DNA of 64,000 nucleotides from an uncultured Thermodesulfobacteriota bacterium (lineage in GTDB: Bacteria; Desulfobacterota; Desulfomonilia; UBA1062), in NCBI GenBank assembly GCA_942491525.1, contig CALOBW010000030.1:291029-355028 (forward strand). The letters run 5' to 3'. The notes under the pieces were generated by a model. It was not told where the DNA came from, did no database searches, and saw nothing but the letters and a program-made list of their open reading frames with translations. Below, one piece after another: positions 46,197 through 53,739 of the stretch (positions within the stretch are counted from its first letter, which is position 1; the number at the start of each line of letters is the position of its first letter). The translations under genes were made by a program, and so were the position numbers.

Positions 46197-46451
46197 CTAC
46201 ACTTCCGCAATCTCTTCAATCCGCTTGATAACACTGGCCAGGGTAGCCCCGGAGAGCACCTCGCCGTTGATCTCCACAAAGGGGGCCTTGCCCAGGCCGC
46301 CGCCCTTGCAGAGATCCAGGCAGGTGCTGCCGCGCACATCGACAAGTGCGCGCAAAGCTGGTGACAGCTCTTCGGTCAAATTTTGAAGGTTGGAGGCGCC
46401 CATGACGTAGCAGGTTGTGCCCATACAGATTTTTACTTCAATTTTCTTCAT
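46197..46451 (-). CDS. Thioredoxin-like [2Fe-2S] ferredoxin (NuoE/HymA-like small protein)
   Basis: MKKIEVKICMGTTCYVMG...CLDLCKGG gives the four Cys in the Trx-like ferredoxin arrangement. Confidence 0.6.
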   Translation of the reverse strand: MKKIEVKICMGTTCYVMGASNLQNLTEELSPALRALVDVRGSTCLDLCKGGGLGKAPFVEINGEVLSGATLASVIKRIEEIAEV

Positions 46452-46460
46452 CGCTTACCC

Positions 46461-47630
46461 CTAGATATACTGAATAATTGTCTCTTTCAGGTAACGCTCT
46501 TCAAGCGTCGCCATGATGCGTTTGATGATGTTGCGCCTGATCTCCAGATCGAGCGGCAGATTGGGATCCTGATGGGCATCATTGATGCGCGTGCCCACCA
46601 GAAACTCGATATGGTCGCTGTCCAGCAGCAGATTGGCCAGCTTGCCGGCCGGATCATCCGGAATAGTCCCCTGCTCCAGATACTGGGCCATGCGCGTCAG
46701 CGTGAGGATGCCCTCGGTCACCAAATCGAGCCCCTCCATCTCGGAGAGCGGCGGCAGATCGCCGAAGCCGCTCAGCACGGTCTGCATGTCGCGGTTAAGC
46801 TCGCGGCCCACAATGTTGGCCGTGGTGCCGCCGCAGATCGCCTTGCGCCCTTCAAAGTGGTCCAGCTTGGTGGCAATCTCACGGTCGCGGCTCTGATCAT
46901 AGGGCGGACCCGAAAGCACCAAGGTGCGCCGAGGCTTCCTGAAGTAGAAGACCGCGCAGGTGATGTCATCCATGGCCCGGCACTGCGGCTCATGGCGCTC
47001 GGCCTCATCCACAATGGCCTGGGCCAGCTCGCGCCCCGAGATGTTGCTGTCCTTGGCCACCAGCTGCTCAACAAAGCTGGAGCAGCCCTCGACGCGCCAG
47101 CCCAACTTCCAGCGGTCGCTGCCCAGGCCGGCCTGGGAGACGCCGTCCGAAAAGACGATCAGGCGGTCCTCGGGCCGGGTGCAGATCTCGGAGACCTGCA
47201 GGGCGCGGTCCTTCCAGCGCGCCGTCATCATGGTGCGGCGGCTGATGTCCACGGCCTTACCGTCGCGGATCAGGATGTAGTTGGGGTTGCCCTGCTCCAC
47301 GATGCGGGTCTTGCCGTGGATGATGCAGTCCACGATCGTGAAGGTGGCATAGGATATCTTGCGCACCTGGCAGATGGGCAGCGAGTCCATGATGACCTCG
47401 CTGGCGCCCACAATGTTGCGGTTGGCCGCCGCAAACTTGAGCGCCATGGTGCCGGTCATGTTGGCCAGGATGTTGGCCTTGACCCCGCTGCCCAGACCGT
47501 CCGAAAGCACCGCGATGATGCGGTCCTCGGCCGGAATCTTGCGCGAGAAGAAGGCGTCGCCGCAGATGTTCTGGGAGTGCTTGTGACGCTGGGCGCAGTC
47601 AACCTCGACGAAGAGCGAACTGGTCAGCAT
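46461..47630 (-). CDS. PP2C-type (SpoIIE/RsbU-like) serine/threonine phosphatase
   Basis: The PPM metal-binding Asp blocks are present (CGDAFF; VLSDGLGSG; VFSDGV; DDITC). Its start overlaps the HydS stop by 1 nt. Confidence 0.75.
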   Translation of the reverse strand: MLTSSLFVEVDCAQRHKHSQNICGDAFFSRKIPAEDRIIAVLSDGLGSGVKANILANMTGTMALKFAAANRNIVGASEVIMDSLPICQVRKISYATFTIVDCIIHGKTRIVEQGNPNYILIRDGKAVDISRRTMMTARWKDRALQVSEICTRPEDRLIVFSDGVSQAGLGSDRWKLGWRVEGCSSFVEQLVAKDSNISGRELAQAIVDEAERHEPQCRAMDDITCAVFYFRKPRRTLVLSGPPYDQSRDREIATKLDHFEGRKAICGGTTANIVGRELNRDMQTVLSGFGDLPPLSEMEGLDLVTEGILTLTRMAQYLEQGTIPDDPAGKLANLLLDSDHIEFLVGTRINDAHQDPNLPLDLEIRRNIIKRIMATLEERYLKETIIQYI

Positions 47631-49324
47631 CAGTCATCCTCCGGCGTAAAGTCCTCCGGCCCGTAATCATGGGCGATGGAGCTTAAGAGGATTTCGGTAT
47701 CAGCCATGTGCTCGCCCAGGCGGCAGGCGATCTCCTGCACGGTGACCATATTTTTCTGAATCACCTGGGCGGCGCGCCGCGCGATCTGCTCGCGCTTCAT
47801 CTCGCTCTGGGTCACATCCTGCACGATCACGCCGATGGTCTGATGGTGCTCGATACTGAAGATGGTGACGTTGAGCAGGCGCTCATCCAGGGGCAGACGC
47901 TCGCGGCTGATGTCCAGGCCGGTGCGCACGGCCGCCTCCAGGATGTCCGGGAAGGGCAGGATCTTGGTCAGCACCGCGCCAGCCATGCCGGGCAGCACGT
48001 CAAAGGCCAGCTGCTCGCCGAACATCTCGGCAAAGGGTTTGTTGCACTCGATGACCCGCAAGTTCTTGTCGGCAATCACCACGCCGGACGGGATGCAGCG
48101 CAGCAAGGCATTGGCCTTTTTCTGGGCCTGATTGCGCATGTAGGAGACGCACATGGCCGGCTCGGCGTTGCCCAGCAGCAAGGCGCGCGCAAAGTGGCGG
48201 CAACTGTCGTAGCCGCAGCCGCCGCAGTTCATCTCATCATGGACACTCTCCTTACCGACCCGGCGCAGAGCCTCCTTGATTTCGCGCTCACTGATCTCAC
48301 GCGGCTCCTCCACCAGCAGGGGCAGCTCATCAACCAAAGAGATGGACGCTTTGGAAGACACCTGCTCGGGCCACTCGGTGCGCCGGCGCACCTCAAGAAT
48401 TGAACTGAAGGTGCTGCAGCTCATGGATGGACCCTGAACACAGCCGCCGCTGCAGGCCAGACACTCTATGAAAACAGGTACCTGAACATCGGCGGGGCTG
48501 AAATTCTTGAGCGCCTGCTCCATCTGGGGCAGACCCGAGACGCTCAGCAGTTCAACCCTCCGGTCGAGGCCGTGGGCCCGGATGGTCTCATTCATGCCGC
48601 CCTCGATCGGATAGATGGCGCCTTCACGGGCAGTCCTGGGATAGAAGCCCTTGCTGCCAATCAGGCCGGCCGGCTCAATTGAGCTCTCACGCCACCAGCG
48701 TTTGAGGTCATCAAAGGTCAGGGCCACATCGATCTCCTGACGTTCGGCTTCCAGCTTCTTGGCCACGCAGGGCCCGATGAAGACCACGCGCACGTCGGCC
48801 TCATGCTTGAGCAGGCGGGCATGGGCCAGCAGCGGCGAGGCCATGGGTGTGACACAGTCGGCCAGCTCCGGCAGGAAGCGGCCGATATAGGTCACGGCGG
48901 CCGGACAGGCGCTGGAGATCAGAACGCCGCGCTGCATTGTGTTAAGCGTTTCGGCCAGACTGGCGGAGACGGCTTCGGCGCCCAGGGCGGTCTCACTGAC
49001 CCGGGCAAACCCCAGGCTCTGCAGACCGGCCACCATCTGCTCGATGCTCAGTTCGGGCCAGGCGCTGACCCAGCTGGGGGCCAGAGAGACAACCACCGGA
49101 CGCGCCTCATCCAGCATGCGTTTGACGCGCTTGATGTCGTCGCGCACCTTCTTGGCCTTGGCCGGACAGACGCTGACGCAACTGCCGCAGGCCACACAGA
49201 GCTCGGGAATTACAGCGGCATGCCCGTCATGCACGCGGATGGCCTTGACCGGGCACTGACGCACGCACTTGTAACAGTCCTGGCACTCGGCTTCGGCGGT
49301 AAATACGGGATACTGAACATTCAT
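47630..49324 (-). CDS. Sensory [FeFe]-hydrogenase-like protein (HydS/HfsB-type) with a C-terminal 4-Cys cluster and PAS domain
   Basis: An N-terminal 2x[4Fe-4S] ferredoxin module is followed by the H-domain, with L1 altered to SSACP (the proton-relay Cys is replaced by Ala), L2 GPCVAKKLE and L3 ECLACSGGC. CGGCGYDSC and a PAS fold (GVVIADKNLRVIECNKPFAEMFG) follow. Confidence 0.75.
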   Translation of the reverse strand: MNVQYPVFTAEAECQDCYKCVRQCPVKAIRVHDGHAAVIPELCVACGSCVSVCPAKAKKVRDDIKRVKRMLDEARPVVVSLAPSWVSAWPELSIEQMVAGLQSLGFARVSETALGAEAVSASLAETLNTMQRGVLISSACPAAVTYIGRFLPELADCVTPMASPLLAHARLLKHEADVRVVFIGPCVAKKLEAERQEIDVALTFDDLKRWWRESSIEPAGLIGSKGFYPRTAREGAIYPIEGGMNETIRAHGLDRRVELLSVSGLPQMEQALKNFSPADVQVPVFIECLACSGGCVQGPSMSCSTFSSILEVRRRTEWPEQVSSKASISLVDELPLLVEEPREISEREIKEALRRVGKESVHDEMNCGGCGYDSCRHFARALLLGNAEPAMCVSYMRNQAQKKANALLRCIPSGVVIADKNLRVIECNKPFAEMFGEQLAFDVLPGMAGAVLTKILPFPDILEAAVRTGLDISRERLPLDERLLNVTIFSIEHHQTIGVIVQDVTQSEMKREQIARRAAQVIQKNMVTVQEIACRLGEHMADTEILLSSIAHDYGPEDFTPEDD

Positions 49325-49332
49325 ACTGACTC

Positions 49333-49557
49333 CTAATAACCGCTCAGCAGATCGATGAGGGTGCCCTCATCGATGCCGGAGAAAAGCTTGCCGTCGATGC
49401 GGATGTTGGGGCCGCTGCAGCACTCGCCTTCGCAGCGGCAGCCGCGCAGCTCGATCTCAAGCTGATGCGCCTGCTGATACTGCTCGATAACTTCCAGATT
49501 GCGCTGATTGCCGCGGGCAAAGCAGGAGCTGCCCATGCAGATGGAGATCTTCTTCAT
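49333..49557 (-). CDS. Thioredoxin-like [2Fe-2S] ferredoxin (HfsA-like)
   Basis: MKKISICMGSSCFARG...CRCEGECCSG fits the family. It is translationally coupled to rex (4-nt overlap). Confidence 0.6.
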   Translation of the reverse strand: MKKISICMGSSCFARGNQRNLEVIEQYQQAHQLEIELRGCRCEGECCSGPNIRIDGKLFSGIDEGTLIDLLSGY

Positions 49558-50204
49558 TTGCCGCGCTCCAGCTGATGCTTGATCTTGACCGAGAGTTCGG
49601 CCAGGCCCGAAGCCAGATCTTCGCGGCGCACGATCACCCCGCGGGGCACCTGCAGCTTGACCGGGGTAAAGTTCCAGATGCCCAGCACACCGTTGCCCAC
49701 CAGAGTGTCGCAGACATCCTGCGCCACGGGCGAGGGCACGGTCAGCACGGCCAGATGCACGTGCAGGCGTTCGGCCAGATTGGGCAGTTTAGTCAGGTCA
49801 AAAACCGGCACACCGTGCAGCTCGGATCCGATCAGGTCCGGGTTGGTGTCAAAGGCGGCCACAATTCTGAGGCCGAACTCGCGGAAACCGGCATAGCCCA
49901 GCAGAGCCTGCCCCAGATTGCCGGCGCCCACCAGAAAGGCATCCGTGAAGTTGTTCCAGCCCAGATAGTCTTCGATGGCGCTGATCAGGTCCTCGACCGC
50001 ATAACCGACCCCGGTCTTGCCCACGGCCTGCGTGATCTCCAGATCCTTCTTGACCACAATCTGCTGCAGCTCAAGTTCACGGGCCAGCCAGGAGGACGAG
50101 ACCACATCCTGACCCGAATCCTTCAACCCCTGCAGGGCCCTCAGATAGAGCGGCAGCCTTCTGATGGATGGCAGTTTGGCGACTTGACGTTCATAGTTTG
50201 ACAT
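49554..50204 (-). CDS. rex: Redox-sensing transcriptional repressor Rex
   Basis: The N-terminal wHTH (IRRLPLYLRAL) and the Rossmann motif GAGNLG are present. Confidence 0.8.
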   Translation of the reverse strand: MSNYERQVAKLPSIRRLPLYLRALQGLKDSGQDVVSSSWLARELELQQIVVKKDLEITQAVGKTGVGYAVEDLISAIEDYLGWNNFTDAFLVGAGNLGQALLGYAGFREFGLRIVAAFDTNPDLIGSELHGVPVFDLTKLPNLAERLHVHLAVLTVPSPVAQDVCDTLVGNGVLGIWNFTPVKLQVPRGVIVRREDLASGLAELSVKIKHQLERGK

Positions 50205-50338
50205 ATTTGCCCCCGATGTTAGATATGAAATTATCTATCCTCTATATTCATGTCGGAAGCAGGTCAAGAAGCTTTAGATATTTTTTTATCTATCACTAGC
50301 GGCTTGCGACCGGCCGCCAGGCGGTTATCATTTGTGCA

Positions 50339-51124
50339 ATGAAGATACACAGCCTACTTATCCTGATCCTGCTTGCCACCCCGGCCTTGGCGGCCCAGGA
50401 CGTGATCATCTATGCCGATGACGAATACGCGCCCTACTCCTACCGCGACGGCAAAGAGGGCGCCGGCATCTATGCTGAGATCATCACCCGCGCCACCAAC
50501 CGCATGGTGGACTACAACGTCACCATCATGCCCCTGCCCTGGAAACGCGGGCTGGCCCAACTGGAAACCGGCAAGGGCTTCGCAATCTTCCCCCCGTACA
50601 AACTGCCCAAGCTGAGGCCATATATGGATTACTCAGCGCCAATCCTGGAGGAGACGGTCGTGGTATTCATGCGCGATGAGATCCTGATCAAGAAGGAGCG
50701 CCAGGAGTGGCCCGATGACTTCCTGGGCCTGCGTGTGGGCCAGAACCTGGGATTCAGGCTGGGCGGAGAAAAATTCTGGCAGGCGGTTGAAAATGGCGAG
50801 ATCTTTCTGGAGGAGGCGCGCAGCACCCAGGTCAACCTGCTGAAGCTCGGTCTGGGCCGCATCGACTGCTACATCAACGACCGCACCGCCATCCTCATGG
50901 AGCTAAACCGCCTCAAGAAACGCGGTGACTACGACGAGGGCGGCACCCACGCCAAACTGGTCGAAGGCCCGGTGGTCAACTCGGAATGGGGCCACCTGGG
51001 CATCACCAACCGCGGCAACTTCCCCTACAAAAATGACTTCATCGAGCGGTTCAACGCCGAGATCAAGAAGATGCAGGACTCGGGCGAAATTCAAAAGATC
51101 ATCAACAGCTACATCGGCCAGTAA
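50339..51124 (+). CDS. Periplasmic solute-binding protein, family 3 (orphan; no cognate permease nearby)
   Basis: A signal peptide is followed by an SBP_bac_3-like fold. Confidence 0.65.
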   Translation: MKIHSLLILILLATPALAAQDVIIYADDEYAPYSYRDGKEGAGIYAEIITRATNRMVDYNVTIMPLPWKRGLAQLETGKGFAIFPPYKLPKLRPYMDYSAPILEETVVVFMRDEILIKKERQEWPDDFLGLRVGQNLGFRLGGEKFWQAVENGEIFLEEARSTQVNLLKLGLGRIDCYINDRTAILMELNRLKKRGDYDEGGTHAKLVEGPVVNSEWGHLGITNRGNFPYKNDFIERFNAEIKKMQDSGEIQKIINSYIGQ

Positions 51125-51188
51125 TCTCTATCCACCCGGGCCCGAACTCTGCTATAAAATCACCAGCAACCAAACCGAGGAGAACCCA

Positions 51189-52508
51189 ATGAAAAGATTT
51201 GTCACGAGCATTTTTATGATCTTCTGCCTAAGCAGCAGTCTCTACGCCTGGGACCTGCACACCCTGATCGCCTATCCGATCATCTCTTCCATGCCGCAGG
51301 TCGCTGAACTTGATGAAATCAAGGTCACCAGCTTCAAAGATTTTCTGCTGAGCGTCGAAGATCAGCTGCCCGAGGCTCTGGCCGAACAGGAGGAGTGGTC
51401 GCGGCAGAACCTGGATTTCTACGCCCCCCTGCCCGAGCATCTCAAGTTTGAGGCCACCGGCAACCCGAACGACATCACCAGACGCTTCCTGCAGGCCATC
51501 CGGGTCAACCCCAACATGCCGCTCAAACCCTACCTGCAGCTGCTGCCCGGCCAGCAGCCGGCGCGGGCTACACTCGACCCCAAAACTTTAAGCATCTTCA
51601 AGGATCTCTACTGGCTGGAGAATGTCACCTTTGTAGCCCTTAACGAGGGCGAGATGATCAGCCCGCTCTCAGTTGTCGTCAGCGCCAATGACGAGCCCGA
51701 CCTGGGGCTGGACATCGGCCTCTTCACCGACAGCGGCAGCGACTTCGGCCAGGGTTACGGCTTCGGCGTCCAGGCCTTCGGCAACCCCAATCTGGAATAC
51801 GGCAGCCAGGCGCCCTTCCACATGGGTTTCTACCATGAAGCCGCCATCATCTTTGCCGCCGCGCCCTTCCTCAAGGAGAGCTACCCCGAATACCGCATCC
51901 ACCAGTACAAAACTTTAGCCAAGCTGGCCTTTGAAAACGGCCAGGACTACTGGGGCTGGCGCTTCATGGGCTGGGGCCTGCACTACCTGGCCGACCTGAG
52001 CCAGCCCTACCACGCCGTGGCTCTGCCCGGGGTCAGCGGCAGCCGCATGATCTCGATCAACCTGCTGGACATGATGGGCGCCTCAAAACCGCTCAATAAC
52101 GCCGTACAGCTGGTCTCCAACCGCCACACCGTCATCGAGAAGTACGAGCGCGTCATTCTGGAGCAGGCCTACATGAGCGGCAATGATGATTTCAGCCAGT
52201 TTGAACTGCTCAGGCAGGAACGCGATCTTCCGCTCTACAGCGACGACATGCCGCGCGATGTGATCGCCAAGAACGCCAGCCAAAAGGCCCGCAAGCTCAA
52301 CCGCAGCATGAAGCGCAACATGCCCAAGGTGATGGTCTCGGACCCCTCAGTCGAGGTGACCGAACTGGATGAGCTGGAGCAGATCGTAGAGCTGGTCGCG
52401 GCCAAACGCGGCGCCAAAGCCTCCCAGGAGATGAACCAGATGCTGGGCGAACTGCTGGAGCCCTTTGCCGTCTGCGGCCGCAGCTACATTCTTGATATTA
52501 TCGAATAA
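51189..52508 (+). CDS. Secreted zinc-dependent phospholipase C / S1-P1 nuclease-superfamily protein
   Basis: A GAGGAG RBS is present. The signal peptide ends before W (AW-DLH), like the mature N-terminal Trp of Bacillus cereus PLC. HYLADLSQPYHAVA parallels the PLC zinc site HYLGDVNQPMHAAN. Confidence 0.55.
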   Translation: MKRFVTSIFMIFCLSSSLYAWDLHTLIAYPIISSMPQVAELDEIKVTSFKDFLLSVEDQLPEALAEQEEWSRQNLDFYAPLPEHLKFEATGNPNDITRRFLQAIRVNPNMPLKPYLQLLPGQQPARATLDPKTLSIFKDLYWLENVTFVALNEGEMISPLSVVVSANDEPDLGLDIGLFTDSGSDFGQGYGFGVQAFGNPNLEYGSQAPFHMGFYHEAAIIFAAAPFLKESYPEYRIHQYKTLAKLAFENGQDYWGWRFMGWGLHYLADLSQPYHAVALPGVSGSRMISINLLDMMGASKPLNNAVQLVSNRHTVIEKYERVILEQAYMSGNDDFSQFELLRQERDLPLYSDDMPRDVIAKNASQKARKLNRSMKRNMPKVMVSDPSVEVTELDELEQIVELVAAKRGAKASQEMNQMLGELLEPFAVCGRSYILDIIE

Positions 52509-53202
52509 CAGCATTTACGGGGGAGGTCTTTAAGCCTCCCCCCTGAAACTCCTGCTCCAGCGTGAGCACGGCGCTGACGATCTCATCATGCTTACCGGGC
52601 GGAACCACATCCGGGTAGAGTTCGCGCATGCAGTAGCGCACATCCTCGCAACAGCGCACCTTGTCCAGCCGCCGCCTGATGCCCAGAACACTGTACAGAT
52701 TCTGTCTGAAGGTTGTGAAATACCAGATGCTGACCACCAGGCTCAACAGCCCCATCTTCTCAATCATGAAGCGGTTGGCCTCCGTCTCATTGCCGTCAAG
52801 GTTGAGCGGATAGGTGAACTCCTGCTGCAGATGCCGATACTCATGCCAGAGGGCCGAATAGAGCAGGAACTCGGCCAGCTCGGGCCAGCGCTTATGGATC
52901 ACGTGCAGGTTGCGCACAAAACGGCTGGGAATGATCAGAATGCGGGTGGCCGGCTCATTGCCGTATTTGAGGAAGTACTTGACCCGCGTGCGGATATAGA
53001 TACCGACCTGGTCAGAGCGGATATACATGACCGACGGGAAGCCGTACTGCCGGGCGCAGCTCATAATCAGGTTCCGGAACTCACGGCGCGTCCGCGGCGG
53101 CGTGCCGTTGTGCGGAATCACCCTGGGGTCCAGAATCTCACCCCTGTATGTCAGCCAGTCGCTACTCATCATCCAGCGCTCCAGAATCATATAGTTCGTC
53201 AC
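52498..53202 (-). CDS. Hypothetical protein with an HExxH motif (possible small metallopeptidase)
   Basis: WHEYRH is the only recognisable feature. A ~37-nt piece of this gene (53044-53080) recurs at 57878-57913. Confidence 0.4.
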   Translation of the reverse strand: MTNYMILERWMMSSDWLTYRGEILDPRVIPHNGTPPRTRREFRNLIMSCARQYGFPSVMYIRSDQVGIYIRTRVKYFLKYGNEPATRILIIPSRFVRNLHVIHKRWPELAEFLLYSALWHEYRHLQQEFTYPLNLDGNETEANRFMIEKMGLLSLVVSIWYFTTFRQNLYSVLGIRRRLDKVRCCEDVRYCMRELYPDVVPPGKHDEIVSAVLTLEQEFQGGGLKTSPVNAVIR

Positions 53203-53303
53203 AAGCGGCTTTTTGACAAGGGCACCAGGCGATGATTCTGCTAATTGACCTTGATGACTAGCAATTTTTAACGGCCCGCTGGGGGTTCCGTCATAATCCG
53301 ATA

Positions 53304-53339
53304 CAAAAAAGCCCTGTTCAATCGCAGATTGAACAGGGC
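53304..53339 (-). terminator. Rho-independent terminator of the hypB-X-hypA operon
   Basis: An 11-bp perfect stem GCCCTGTTCAA/TTGAACAGGGC with a 7-nt loop is followed, in the minus sense, by U6GU. Confidence 0.7.
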
Positions 53340-53371
53340 TGGTAATTTTCTCTGCCGGCGGGGCAGCTAAC

Positions 53372-53734
53372 TCATTGTTGCCCGGACACTTTGTCGCCCA
53401 CCATGATCTGCTTGATCATGATATCCTTGCCATTGAGCGCTTCCAGCTGCGTATTAGAACAGGCCGGGCAGCTGAAATCGTTCTCATAGGCCCTGAACTC
53501 CTGATTGCAGGCCAGACAGCGCGCCATACCGGGAACGACCTCGATCTCCAACTCAGTATCCTGCATGAAGGTCTTGTGCACGGCGGCCGGATAGCAGGCC
53601 TCCAGATAGGAGGGCACCACGCCCGAAAGCTCGCCCACCTCGAGAACTATCTTTTCGACAGTCGCAAACTTTTCGACCTGCTTTATGCCTTCCACAGTCC
53701 GGATAATCATCTTCACGATGCCCGCCTCATGCAT
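53372..53734 (-). CDS. hypA: Hydrogenase nickel-insertion protein HypA
   Basis: The N-terminal MHE nickel site and the zinc CxxC...CxxC (CLACNQ...CPACS) are present. Confidence 0.85.
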   Translation of the reverse strand: MHEAGIVKMIIRTVEGIKQVEKFATVEKIVLEVGELSGVVPSYLEACYPAAVHKTFMQDTELEIEVVPGMARCLACNQEFRAYENDFSCPACSNTQLEALNGKDIMIKQIMVGDKVSGQQ

Positions 53735-53739
53735 AACGG

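Noticed and set aside
46383-47666. 427-aa plus-strand ORF
   Set aside because: It is antisense to the PP2C phosphatase gene, which has diagnostic PPM Asp blocks.
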